From assembly GCA_038230895.1 (NCBI GenBank), contig JBBRMJ010000002.1:12531-76530 (forward strand): a stretch of DNA of 64,000 nt. Reading direction: 5' to 3'. The stretch's first letter is position 1. Every line of letters begins with the position of its first letter. The stretch comes from Candidatus Saccharimonadales bacterium (GTDB lineage: Bacteria > Patescibacteriota > Saccharimonadia > Saccharimonadales > UBA4665). The notes beneath the pieces were generated by a model that did no database searches, was not told the DNA's origin, and was given only the letters and a program-made list of their open reading frames with translations. The translations under genes were made by a program, and so were the position numbers. Shown piece after piece: positions 26,731 through 35,873 of the stretch.

Positions 26731-27375
26731 TCAATCTGAGTCAGCGCTGGAGCGGAGGCTGCCGACACGGCGGAGGCGGGATGCGATGCCAAGCACGATG
26801 ATGAAGAACAAAGTTAGCCATACTATTCGCAAAAAGCCATGTTTGAGGTCAGTGCCTTCGTACAGGCCGTGCAGGAAGACCAGCGGCATCACCACGTAAC
26901 CGAGATAGTGCAGCCATCGCCAGGTAGTTTTGCGGCTGTCGATCCAGCCCAATGAACTGAGGACGATGATGACGATGCCGTACATGGCCAGCACGCCAAA
27001 ACCGACAGCGAGACTACCCAGTGCGAAGCCAAGGAAGCTGGTGCCGTTATTGTTGTGCGATAGAAAGGGGACTAGTACTTGCGGGATAGTAAAAGGCACA
27101 AACTTATCAAACAAGATGAATAGCACATGGATGAAGAGGCTGATACACAGCGCTAGGGCCATGGCTTTGTGTAGTGCCCAGGCTTTGACTGGCTCAATGA
27201 CGCGGTACGTCATGCCCGTTACCTGACCGATGCCCGATAACATCAATAGGATGAGTAGGCCCGCCGAAACAAAGCCAGCGGCGCGAATGATGTACCATTC
27301 CCATGACGTCTGGACGCGTTGGCTGGCAATGTTGAGTGTTGAGGCCGCGAAATGACCGACTAACAGGGCAGTCAT
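26731..27375 (-). CDS. Ferric-reductase-like (NOX/FRE/MsrQ-type) transmembrane domain protein with two His pairs
   Basis: About 5 TM helices. H-x13-H in ALHKAMALALCISLFIHV and H-x12-H in WLHYLGYVVMPLVFLHG, on separate helices. The start overlaps the apbE stop by 4 nt. Confidence 0.65.
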   Translation of the reverse strand: MTALLVGHFAASTLNIASQRVQTSWEWYIIRAAGFVSAGLLILLMLSGIGQVTGMTYRVIEPVKAWALHKAMALALCISLFIHVLFILFDKFVPFTIPQVLVPFLSHNNNGTSFLGFALGSLAVGFGVLAMYGIVIIVLSSLGWIDSRKTTWRWLHYLGYVVMPLVFLHGLYEGTDLKHGFLRIVWLTLFFIIVLGIASRLRRVGSLRSSADSD

Positions 27376-28292
27376 GCCAGCGTTCCATAAGCTTTAGTTT
27401 GCATGTTTCTAGTATGACGAATCTGCAGTAAAGCACCAGTGATATGCTGCTGATTGATAGCCTTTTGCGCAGCCTCAACGCCAAGAATTACCAGATATTT
27501 GGCGTAGATGTCGGCGGAAACTCCGGAAGCTGATATAACCGTAGCGGTCAGCACCTCGGTTACGGCTGGTTTGCCGGTGTGCGGGTCGATGATGTGGTGC
27601 CAGTCTATGCCTCGTCGTTTAGTCGTACCAGAAGTGGCGATAGCCAAGCGTTCGCCAGTACTGTTGGTAATTGTTCGCACAATTTTATCGTTGGCCTCGG
27701 CGTCAGCAATACCGACTTTCCATGGCTGATCCTCGCTATTAAAACCAGCACAGATGATGTCACCACCCAGAGACAGCCAGTAATGCTTAACATGTTTAGT
27801 ATCAAGTAAATCAGCTAGCTGGTCGAGGAGATACCCCTTACCGATGCCGCCACTGTCGAAAGCGCTATCAGCGGGTAATCGAACCGTCGTTTGAGTAAGG
27901 ATGATCGCCTCGCTTTGGGTTGTCGGCCGGCGTTGTCTGTAATCAAGATCTGACTTAATTACCGTCACTGCTGGCCAAGAGCCGACGTAGCCAGCTTGCT
28001 GGAGTGCGGGGAGCACGAGAGGGTTATAGATATCGTCGGTCTGCTCAGAGTATTGCTGGGAAACAACGAGAAAGTCGTGAAAAGCTGGTGTAATGTTTAT
28101 TTCGCTGCCTGCTTCCTCGTTGACGTGGCTCAGCTCACTGTCAGACAGAAACCGACTGAAACGTCGTTCGAAACCGTGAATGCTTGCCCACAACAATTGG
28201 AAGATTGGCTGAGCCGTCGCCTCATCTTTGACGATGATGGTCAGCAGAATATCGGAAGCTAGGCCGCTACCTGCCTGTTGCAAACGCATCAT
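27372..28292 (-). CDS. apbE: FAD:protein FMN transferase ApbE
   Basis: ApbE-family motifs: FERRFSRFLSDSELSHVN, IYNPLV, GGIGKGYLLDQLADLL, LSLGGDI, AIATSGTTKRRGIDWHHIIDPHTGKP. No obvious signal peptide or lipobox at the N-terminus. Confidence 0.85.
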   Translation of the reverse strand: MMRLQQAGSGLASDILLTIIVKDEATAQPIFQLLWASIHGFERRFSRFLSDSELSHVNEEAGSEINITPAFHDFLVVSQQYSEQTDDIYNPLVLPALQQAGYVGSWPAVTVIKSDLDYRQRRPTTQSEAIILTQTTVRLPADSAFDSGGIGKGYLLDQLADLLDTKHVKHYWLSLGGDIICAGFNSEDQPWKVGIADAEANDKIVRTITNSTGERLAIATSGTTKRRGIDWHHIIDPHTGKPAVTEVLTATVISASGVSADIYAKYLVILGVEAAQKAINQQHITGALLQIRHTRNMQTKAYGTLA

Positions 28293-29317
28293 GAGACCGA
28301 GGTTACTGGTGCCCGATAGCTTTGGGTCGTGGTAGTGGTGGTGGGAGTCGGTGTTGGGGCGGGCTGTGTGCTAGTACTATTCGCGCTGGTCGAGGTATTG
28401 TCTGCAGCCGTGGTGTCGCTGCTGGCGGTGTTGGTTGTACCAGCTGCCGTGCTAGCCGAGCTCTTGGTGATTGTGGCAGCAGCTTTGGCTTTGGGCAGGA
28501 CGCGCAGCAAGTCCAGACCCATCACCGTGCCAATTCCCAAGATGAGGAGCAGTCCAGTCAGGGCGTAGGTCATGGTCGGAATAGTCAGTCGATTAAGCCG
28601 CCAGCCAAAGGTGCTACCTTGCGTGAATGACTCAGTTATCACCTGGTCTTCGGCGACATGTTGATTCAGGATGCTTTGCATATCGCTGGTAAAGGCGCTC
28701 GGGCCACAGAGGAAAAAAGTGAACGATTGCCATTCGTCGCCAGTTACTTTGGCCAGCAGGGCTTCGTCGATCCGTCCGCCATAGATGTTCTGAGCTGCAT
28801 TATGTGCTCCCTGACCGGTTACGAATACCACCCGAAATTTAGGGTTTTGCCGCTGCAATTGACGCAATTCAGCAGCGAAGGGCATGTCGTTGGCGCTGCG
28901 ACAGGCGTAGAGCAAGGTGATGGCTCGGTTGTCTCGGGCTTCGGTGGCCGCATGTACGATGCTCATGAACGGCGTGATGCCGATACCAGCGGCTAGAAGC
29001 ACGATGTGCTGGTCTGTCGGATCGAGCACGAAATTGCCGTAAGGGCCTTGGACACGTACGGTGTCACCGGCTTGCAAGCAGGCAACTTTACGAGTGAAAC
29101 GGCCGTGAGTACGCATGGCAAACTGTAATTCACTACCCGCCGGTGCATTGATCATCGAGAAACAGCGCATTGGCGATACGAGGCCGCCGGATTTGAAGGC
29201 AATAGCGGCGTATTGCCCTGGCCAGAATTCCAGGCCAGACTCGCCGTCAACGGGTGCCATTGATAAGACCTGGTAGGTGGGGTAGTGTTGGACGCGGCTG
29301 ACGGTGTAGGCTTTCAT
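28289..29317 (-). CDS. FNR-like FAD/NAD(P)H oxidoreductase with C-terminal TM helix and Ser/Thr/Ala/Pro-rich tail
   Basis: FAD motif RCFS (RxYS type), NAD(P)-binding VLLAAGIGITPFMS, C-terminal FFLCGP. These are followed by the TM segment IPTMTYALTGLLLILGIGTVMGL and about 80 aa of low-complexity S/T/A/P sequence. The stop region overlaps the apbE start by 4 nt. Confidence 0.8.
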   Translation of the reverse strand: MKAYTVSRVQHYPTYQVLSMAPVDGESGLEFWPGQYAAIAFKSGGLVSPMRCFSMINAPAGSELQFAMRTHGRFTRKVACLQAGDTVRVQGPYGNFVLDPTDQHIVLLAAGIGITPFMSIVHAATEARDNRAITLLYACRSANDMPFAAELRQLQRQNPKFRVVFVTGQGAHNAAQNIYGGRIDEALLAKVTGDEWQSFTFFLCGPSAFTSDMQSILNQHVAEDQVITESFTQGSTFGWRLNRLTIPTMTYALTGLLLILGIGTVMGLDLLRVLPKAKAAATITKSSASTAAGTTNTASSDTTAADNTSTSANSTSTQPAPTPTPTTTTTTQSYRAPVTSVS

Positions 29318-29427
29318 AACTATACTTATACAAGTATAACCTGAGGCTGAGCTTAAGCCCCGGTCGGTCCTTAAAAATTTCTTAAGTCGTATCAGCCTAA
29401 GCGGTTTCGGTTGCTAGACTTCTAGGC

Positions 29428-30903
29428 ATGAGGCGCTTACTGCGGCACCAGTTCCGGCGTACGACGCTGTGGCTGGTTGGCTGTTTGGCGTTCCTGCTCG
29501 GCGTGGGGTTTGCACACAGTGGTTGGCTGTTGCTGAGCTGGTGGTATCTGTTGGCGCTGTTAGCGCTGATGTGGCGGTTTCAGAAACATTCGATTTGGAC
29601 TATCTGTTGGGTGATCGTGTTAGCCGGAAGTTTTGGCTGGCAGCGTGGCTCGTTCTCGATGATCAAATTGCAGGCTTACCAAGCCCGCTATGGACATGTA
29701 GTCAGCCTGGAGGCAGTGGCCATCGACGATGCAGTCTACGGCAAGAAATCACAAATATCGTTTGAGGCTAGCCAAGTATTGCTCAGTGATGGTGAACGCC
29801 TGACTGGCAAGATTCAGCTCAGTGGTTTCGGGGTCAATGCCGTCTTTCAGGGTGACAGGGTGCGGGCTTCGGGCAAACTCTTTCCTGGCTACGGCGCCTA
29901 CCAAGGGCGTATCAGTTTTGCAAAACTGCATGTTACCTCCCATCATCCGACACTAGTGGCTGATATTCGTCGCCGGTTCGCGGCCGGCATGCAATCCAGC
30001 TTGCCAGAACCATTGGCCTCGTTCGCAATGGGTTTGCTGATTGGCCAGCGAGCTACCTTGCCACCAGCCGTAAAGCAGGAACTACTGATGGTCGGCCTGA
30101 CACATATTATTGCCGTATCAGGCTATAACTTAACGATTATGTTAGGGGCGAGTCGGCGACTGGCAGGCAAACGTTCCAAACGGCTGTCGACATTGATTGC
30201 TCTTGGTCTGATGGGGATATTTCTCTTGTTGGCGGGAGCCAGTGCCTCTATTGTCAGAGCAGCGATAGTTAGCATGTTAAGTATTGGGGCAGGTTACTAT
30301 GGTCGGAGCTACAAGCCACTGAATCTTATTCTGATGGCAGCGGCTATTACCGCCTGGGCAAACCCGTTCTATGTGTGGAGTGACATTAGCTGGTATTTGA
30401 GCTTTTTGGCGTTTTTTGGCGTTTTGCTGCTGGCGCCGCTACTGGTTGAGCGGCTACGTCCCGGCTGGCACAATTCGGTAGTGGTAATGGTCGGCATCGA
30501 GAGTATTTGTGCCGAGATCATGACCCTGCCCTTTATCCTGCATAACTTCGGTCAGATGTCTTTGATCGGCTTACCGGCTAATATTCTGGTCGTAACCCTA
30601 ATCCCCTTGGCCATGTTGTGCAGCCTGGTCGCTGGCCTCGCGGGGATGTTGACGGTTAGTGTAGCCGGCTGGTTGGCCTGGCCGGCGCGCATACTCCTAA
30701 CCTATATGTTGGACGTGGCTCATATCTTGGCTCATGTGCCACACATATTCTTGCAAAAGCTTGGGTTATCATTGAGCCAAATGCTGGGGCTCTATGCGAT
30801 TACTGCCAGCCTGACTACTGCTTTGTGGCTACAGACAAAGCGTCAGAAGCATGCTAAAGTAACAGAGATAAGCCAAGCCTATTCGGAGGGAGCAACAGCA
30901 TGA
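29428..30903 (+). CDS. comEC: ComEC/Rec2 DNA internalisation channel (competence domain only)
   Basis: Polytopic, 491 aa. The competence-domain signature GLTHIIAVSGYNLTIM corresponds to HLLAISGLH. No recognisable extra metallo-beta-lactamase domain within this length. Confidence 0.8.
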   Translation: MRRLLRHQFRRTTLWLVGCLAFLLGVGFAHSGWLLLSWWYLLALLALMWRFQKHSIWTICWVIVLAGSFGWQRGSFSMIKLQAYQARYGHVVSLEAVAIDDAVYGKKSQISFEASQVLLSDGERLTGKIQLSGFGVNAVFQGDRVRASGKLFPGYGAYQGRISFAKLHVTSHHPTLVADIRRRFAAGMQSSLPEPLASFAMGLLIGQRATLPPAVKQELLMVGLTHIIAVSGYNLTIMLGASRRLAGKRSKRLSTLIALGLMGIFLLLAGASASIVRAAIVSMLSIGAGYYGRSYKPLNLILMAAAITAWANPFYVWSDISWYLSFLAFFGVLLLAPLLVERLRPGWHNSVVVMVGIESICAEIMTLPFILHNFGQMSLIGLPANILVVTLIPLAMLCSLVAGLAGMLTVSVAGWLAWPARILLTYMLDVAHILAHVPHIFLQKLGLSLSQMLGLYAITASLTTALWLQTKRQKHAKVTEISQAYSEGATA

Positions 30904-31619
30904 GTGGACACAGCAAATGGTCAACGATCAAGCGACAAAAGGGTGTCAAAGACGCTGCTCGTGGTGCTGTTTTCACTCGACTGGGGAATGCCATCGCCAT
31001 CGCGGCTCGCAGTGGTACCGATCCTGAGACCAACTTCACCTTACGCTTGACCATGGACAAGGCCAAGGCTGCCAATATGCCAGCGGCCAATATCCAACGA
31101 GCCATCGATCGTATCAAAGACAAGGATGCCGCTCAGCTCCAGGAAATACTCTATGAAGGTTATGGTCCTGGTGGCACGGCTATCCTCGTGGAATGTGCCA
31201 CTGACAACATCAACCGTACCTACCCTTTTGTGAAGCTGGCCTTCAGTAAGCATGGCGGCAATATTGCCGAAAAAGGTGCAGTTGCCTTTCAGTTTGATCA
31301 CAAGGGTATAATCAGAGTCACTGGCTCGAGTGATGACGTCATGATGCAAGCACTGGAAGCCGGGGCGGACGATGTCCAAGAGGAAGAGGGCGATTCGCTG
31401 ATTTACACCGATCCCAAAGACCTCGCCAAAGTCCGCACTGCCCTTCACGACGCCGGCCTGACCATCACCGAAGCCGAACTGACCTATGTGCCTAACAACG
31501 CCATCGACATCACTGACGCCGACACAGCTGGCAAGATCATGCGCCTGATGGAAGCTTTGGACGACATCGACGACGTCACTAACACCCACGTCAACTTCGA
31601 CATCGACGTCCCGGAGTAA
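30900..31619 (+). CDS. yebC: YebC/PmpR family DNA-binding regulator
   Basis: MSGHSKWSTIKRQKGVKDAARG...NMPAANIQRAI. The N-terminus is nearly invariant in this family. The ATG overlaps the comEC stop (ATGA). Confidence 0.95.
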   Translation: MSGHSKWSTIKRQKGVKDAARGAVFTRLGNAIAIAARSGTDPETNFTLRLTMDKAKAANMPAANIQRAIDRIKDKDAAQLQEILYEGYGPGGTAILVECATDNINRTYPFVKLAFSKHGGNIAEKGAVAFQFDHKGIIRVTGSSDDVMMQALEAGADDVQEEEGDSLIYTDPKDLAKVRTALHDAGLTITEAELTYVPNNAIDITDADTAGKIMRLMEALDDIDDVTNTHVNFDIDVPE

Positions 31620-31621
31620 CC

Positions 31622-32269
31622 ATGCGCCTATTTTTGTCATCACAGGATTTTGGAAAGTATCCTCAAGTTGCCAGTGAACTAGCCGGCAATAATAAAAAAG
31701 CGGCATTTATAAAGAATGCTCAAGATGATTCACCCGCAGCCGAGCGGAATTTTAGTCTGCCGGAGAAACAGCGGATGTTCGAGGCAGTTGGTTTTGACTT
31801 CGAAGAGATTGATTTGCGTAAGTATTTTGGGAAACAAGTTGAACTTCGAGATAAACTGGCTGGCTTCGGATCAGTCTGGTGCGCCGGCGGTAATACTTTC
31901 ATCTTGCGCCGAGCGATGAAAGCTAGTGGCTTAGACGAGATTTTGCGTCAGCTCCTTCATGAAGACAAGATCGTATATGGTGGTTGGAGTGCCGGAGCCT
32001 GCATCGCCGCTCCGACCTTGCATGGTGTTGAGAATGGAGATCGGCCTGAGCCCGATGCAGTGCCAGTCAACTATCCAATAACTGAGACGATTTGGGAGGG
32101 ATTGGGCCTGGTAGAATTTATGGTTGTTCCTCATTACAAGTCGGATTGGTTCGGTACCGAGGCCGGGCTGATGATGCAGTACTGCATTGACCACAAGCTT
32201 AGATATAAACCTCTGGAGGATGGGCAAGTTGTGGTTGTGAACGGCGACAAAGTTGAGGTATTGTCATGA
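31622..32269 (+). CDS. Peptidase S51 family (dipeptidase E-like)
   Basis: GGNTFILRRAMKASG and the nucleophile elbow GGWSAGACIA, typical of S51 peptidase E/cyanophycinase-like enzymes. 215 aa. Confidence 0.7.
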   Translation: MRLFLSSQDFGKYPQVASELAGNNKKAAFIKNAQDDSPAAERNFSLPEKQRMFEAVGFDFEEIDLRKYFGKQVELRDKLAGFGSVWCAGGNTFILRRAMKASGLDEILRQLLHEDKIVYGGWSAGACIAAPTLHGVENGDRPEPDAVPVNYPITETIWEGLGLVEFMVVPHYKSDWFGTEAGLMMQYCIDHKLRYKPLEDGQVVVVNGDKVEVLS

Positions 32270-32739
32270 GAATTATTGGGATCGATCCTGGAACGGGGAT
32301 ACTGGGGTTTGGGATTATTGATGTGACGAAAGGTAAGGCGCAGCTGGTTGACGCTGGGGTGATTCGGACACCAGTCAAGGAAGATGACGCTGTGCGGTTG
32401 CAGACGATCTTTGAAGAATTAACGACTATCATCGCAGAGACGAAGCCAACAGAAATGTCAGTGGAGAAATTATTCTTTGCTGCTAATGTGACGACGGCTA
32501 TGACGGTGGCTCAAGCTCGGGGAGTTGTTCTGTTAGCTGGTAAACAAGCTGGCCTGGAAATCTATGAGTACACTCCCCTGCAGATCAAGCAGGCGCTCAC
32601 TGGCTATGGCCGCGCTGATAAGAAACAGATTCAGGAAATGGTTCGCGTAATATTGCAGCTAAAAGTCGCACCCAAGCCAGACGACTGCGCTGATGCGCTA
32701 GCCGCCGCCCTGACCCATTCCCAAACTATGCGGGCTTAG
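32266..32739 (+). CDS. ruvC: Holliday junction resolvase RuvC
   Basis: MRIIGIDPGTGILGFGII..., EKLFF, and the C-terminal DCADALAAALTH acidic catalytic residues. 157 aa. Confidence 0.93.
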   Translation: MRIIGIDPGTGILGFGIIDVTKGKAQLVDAGVIRTPVKEDDAVRLQTIFEELTTIIAETKPTEMSVEKLFFAANVTTAMTVAQARGVVLLAGKQAGLEIYEYTPLQIKQALTGYGRADKKQIQEMVRVILQLKVAPKPDDCADALAAALTHSQTMRA

Positions 32740-33407
32740 AACAGGTGGTGTAGACGGTCGGAAATAGTGATGTTCTCAGCACCTGAGCAGCTAGCCGGGT
32801 CTTTGGTGATGTCATTAATATGAGCTGTGGCTGGAACAGACGCAAACTGTGTTTTCAGTAGTGCTTGGTCATTTGGCCCGTAGCTGACCAGCAATCGATC
32901 CAAATCCTTGATGACCACATTGGTAATAGCTGTCAGATCGGTGTAGTCTTGGCCATTCAGTAAGATATTGAGTTTGGCACTATCGTTGGCGACATAGCTA
33001 GTCCCGTCGGAGGTCTTGATGAAATCCGGCCCAATGTACCAGCCAAGGTTTTCGAAGAATTGACCCCAGGTAGCGGCATGATCATGGACATGGATAACCG
33101 AATTGATATTGTCATGCATATGGGCTCGTTGCTCAGGTAGTGAAATATCATTGGTAGTTTTGCAGACTGCCTCGGCTTGGTAATAGGCTGCAGCTTTGAA
33201 CGGCTCACGCTGGCCGTTAATGTATACCGCGAAATTGGCGTGGAAGTGTACCTGTACAGGATTGTAAGTCAGGAACCTGATGCCAATGATGACAAGGGCG
33301 CTCAGGATTATACCAAGTATGAATAGGAACCAACCCTGCTTCACGAGTGATTTTAGTCGCTTCATAACCCTATTATAATCTATCCACCGCTGTGACATAA
33401 TGGACAT
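32736..33407 (-). CDS. Hypothetical membrane-anchored protein with His-rich extracytoplasmic domain
   Basis: N-terminal TM segment WFLFILGIILSALVIIGI, then VQVHFHANFAVYINGQ and RAHMHDNINSVIHVHDH His clusters. 223 aa. An alternative ATG at 33398 removes the overlap with ruvA. Confidence 0.55.
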   Translation of the reverse strand: MSIMSQRWIDYNRVMKRLKSLVKQGWFLFILGIILSALVIIGIRFLTYNPVQVHFHANFAVYINGQREPFKAAAYYQAEAVCKTTNDISLPEQRAHMHDNINSVIHVHDHAATWGQFFENLGWYIGPDFIKTSDGTSYVANDSAKLNILLNGQDYTDLTAITNVVIKDLDRLLVSYGPNDQALLKTQFASVPATAHINDITKDPASCSGAENITISDRLHHLF

Positions 33408-33993
33408 GATGATAGCGACACTAAATGGGGTGGTGAGTGAGAAACTGGCTGATGTCGTGGTGCTCGATGTCCAAGGCGTTGGTTACGGGCTGTTCGTGAC
33501 GGCCGAAGACCACGGCAAGATGATGTCTGGGGAGCCGGCCAAAGTCTATGTCTACGAGCATGTCCGCGAGCAGCAGTACGATTTGTTCGGCTTTCTGACT
33601 CGTGACGCCAAGAACTTCTTCGAATTACTATTAAGTGTGAATGGCATCGGACCCAAGATGGCGCTTAACATGTTAAGTATAGGTACTGCAACAGAAGTAA
33701 AGCGGGCAATTGCTGGTGGCGACGTTAAGTTCATCCAGCGAGCGAACGGCGTCGGCAAACGTGTCGCAGAGCGAGTTGTCGTTGAGCTGAAGGATAAAGT
33801 TGGCCTCGTCGGAGTTGATCTCGAATCTACAGGTCTTCTGCAAGCCGAGGACAGCCTGATGAAAGACGAAGCCGTCGAAGCCTTAGTTGCCCTTGGGTAC
33901 TCTCCCCAGGACGCCGCCAAAGCCTTGCAAAATATTGACCCTGAACTGGGAACCTCTGTACGCATCAAAGCCGCATTGAAAGCCGCAGCATGA
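33400..33993 (+). CDS. ruvA: Holliday junction DNA helicase subunit RuvA
   Basis: MIATLNGVV... OB fold, the HhH pairs LLSVNGIGPKMAL and IQRANGVGKRVAERVV, and a C-terminal domain III (EAVEALVALGYSPQDAAKAL). The start may be 33400, 33406 or 33409. Confidence 0.93.
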   Translation: MDMMIATLNGVVSEKLADVVVLDVQGVGYGLFVTAEDHGKMMSGEPAKVYVYEHVREQQYDLFGFLTRDAKNFFELLLSVNGIGPKMALNMLSIGTATEVKRAIAGGDVKFIQRANGVGKRVAERVVVELKDKVGLVGVDLESTGLLQAEDSLMKDEAVEALVALGYSPQDAAKALQNIDPELGTSVRIKAALKAAA

Positions 33994-34808
33994 AACTGCC
34001 AAGCATTGAACTCAATGATAAACAACAGATCCCACAGATTGGGTTAGGGCTATGGCAAGTTAAGGACGCTGCCGAGTTTGACCAGGCTTTTGATGCGGCA
34101 GTAGAGGCGGGCTATCGGCATTTTGATTCGGCCCAGGTGTATAAGAACGAGCAGATGCTTGGTGACGCATTGCAGCGTTCGGAGTTGAAGCGCGAAGAGG
34201 TTTTCATAACCACCAAAATCGCGGTCAATAACTTCGGTCACAAAAAGTCTTTAAAGAGTTTTGCAACGTCACTGGAGAAACTGCAGACTGATTATGTTGA
34301 TCTCCTCTTGCTGCACTTTCCGGTTACTTTATTGCGGAAGTCCAGCTGGAAAGCGCTGGAAGAGATCAAATCGGCTGGTGGTGCAAAATCGATCGGCGTC
34401 AGCAATTATACGATTCGGCATCTAGAAGAGATGAAGCAGTATTCTAAAGAAATGCCGGCAGTGAATCAAGTAGAGCTACACGTCTTTTTGCAGCAGCCGG
34501 AATTGATCGACTATTGCCGCAGCCATAACATTGCCGTTGAAGCCTATTCACCGCTGGCGCACGCCAAAGAGATGAACGAAACGGTGATAGCCGATATCGC
34601 CGACAAACACCATAAATCATATGCCCAAATTATGTTGCGTTGGTGCATCGAAAAAGGTTTGATCGTCTTGCCGAAGTCCGTAACGCCAGAGAGAATCAAA
34701 CAAAATATTGATATCTTCGATTTCAAGCTCGACGATGATGATCTGACCAAGTTAGCGAGTCTGGATCGTGACCTCCGTACCTGTTGGAGCCCTGTCCACG
34801 TTCCATAG
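33990..34808 (+). CDS. Aldo/keto reductase (2,5-diketo-D-gluconate reductase-like)
   Basis: IPQIGLGLWQ, AGYRHFDSAQVYKNE, LLLHFP, IGVSNY, LPKSVTPERI. This is the classic AKR motif series. 272 aa. Confidence 0.9.
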   Translation: MKLPSIELNDKQQIPQIGLGLWQVKDAAEFDQAFDAAVEAGYRHFDSAQVYKNEQMLGDALQRSELKREEVFITTKIAVNNFGHKKSLKSFATSLEKLQTDYVDLLLLHFPVTLLRKSSWKALEEIKSAGGAKSIGVSNYTIRHLEEMKQYSKEMPAVNQVELHVFLQQPELIDYCRSHNIAVEAYSPLAHAKEMNETVIADIADKHHKSYAQIMLRWCIEKGLIVLPKSVTPERIKQNIDIFDFKLDDDDLTKLASLDRDLRTCWSPVHVP

Positions 34809-34832
34809 GCTATAAGGTATACTCATTAGGTA

Positions 34833-35864
34833 ATGATTGACCGGATTTTGAATACAGCGGAGGAGCCAGTCGACGAGCAGGAGATTGAGCTCGAAGTAAC
34901 GCTGCGACCGCATGATTTTGCCAATTACATCGGTCAAGACCGGCTAAAACAGAACCTTCAACTGGCCATCGATGCTGCCAAGAAGCGTGGTGAGCCGCTT
35001 GATCACGTCTTGCTGCATGGGCCACCAGGTCTGGGTAAAACGACGATGGCCAGTGTTATTGCCCATGAGATGGGCGCCCAGATACGAGTGACCAGCGGGC
35101 CGGCCATTGAACGGGCTGGTGATCTGGCCAGTTTGCTGACAAATCTGAGCGACGGTGACATTTTATTCATCGACGAAATCCACCGCTTAAACCGAACTGT
35201 TGAGGAAGTGCTGTACAGCGCCATGGAAGATTTTAAGCTGGATATCATGCTAGGCAAGGGACCATCGGCCCGCTCACTCCGACTTGATTTGCCGAAGTTC
35301 ACGATTATCGGCGCCACCACCCGTACGGGCTCACTAGCAGCGCCACTGCGTGATCGCTTCGGGATGGTGCACCGTTTGGAATTCTATACCCCAGATGAAA
35401 TTCAGCACATAATCATGCGTGCTGCCAAGATTCTGAACGTCAAAATCGATAAGCCAGCGGCAGCTGAACTTGCTAAGCGAGCACGCTTGACGCCGCGTAT
35501 CGCCAACCGACTGCTGAAACGGGTGCGTGATTACGCCGATGTCAACGGTGATGGCATCATTGACACCACGTTGACGCATAAATCATTGGAGCTGCTCGAC
35601 ATCGATGAGCTGGGTCTGGATAGTGCAGACCGAAATCTACTAGTGGCGATTATCGAGAATTATAACGGTGGCCCTGTTGGCGTTGAGACTCTCGCCGCCA
35701 TGACCGCCGAAGAACGGGGCACCATCGAAGATTTCTATGAGCCTTATCTGATGCAAATCGGCTTACTGGAGCGTACGCCACGGGGTCGTAAAGTAACGCC
35801 CAAAACCTATCGCCATCTTGGTCGTCAACCAAATCAAGACAATCAACAGCCCAGCTTGCTATAA
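34833..35864 (+). CDS. ruvB: Holliday junction DNA helicase RuvB
   Basis: [12 protein letters not shown], Walker [10 protein letters not shown], Walker [10 protein letters not shown], sensor/arginine finger [15 protein letters not shown], and the [11 protein letters not shown]-like [14 protein letters not shown]. Confidence 0.97.
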   Translation: MIDRILNTAEEPVDEQEIELEVTLRPHDFANYIGQDRLKQNLQLAIDAAKKRGEPLDHVLLHGPPGLGKTTMASVIAHEMGAQIRVTSGPAIERAGDLASLLTNLSDGDILFIDEIHRLNRTVEEVLYSAMEDFKLDIMLGKGPSARSLRLDLPKFTIIGATTRTGSLAAPLRDRFGMVHRLEFYTPDEIQHIIMRAAKILNVKIDKPAAAELAKRARLTPRIANRLLKRVRDYADVNGDGIIDTTLTHKSLELLDIDELGLDSADRNLLVAIIENYNGGPVGVETLAAMTAEERGTIEDFYEPYLMQIGLLERTPRGRKVTPKTYRHLGRQPNQDNQQPSLL

Positions 35865-35873
35865 TATACGGAG

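Noticed and set aside
28322-28630. Plus-strand ORFs (102 and 79 aa) opposite the S/T/A/P tail of the FNR-like gene
   Set aside because: They are generated by the low-complexity GC-rich repeat region. The translations are Gly/Val/Ala runs and they have no independent signals.
31041-31706. 221 aa minus-strand ORF covering most of yebC
   Set aside because: It is antisense to an unmistakable YebC gene (MSGHSKWSTIKRQKG...). Its translation is V/D/G-rich with no motif, which is typical of a shadow ORF.
33398-33411. Apparent divergent start-codon overlap between the His-rich membrane protein gene and ruvA
   Set aside because: Both genes have alternative in-frame ATGs within a few codons (33398 on the minus strand; 33406/33409 on the plus strand). 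These remove the overlap, so it cannot be asserted.
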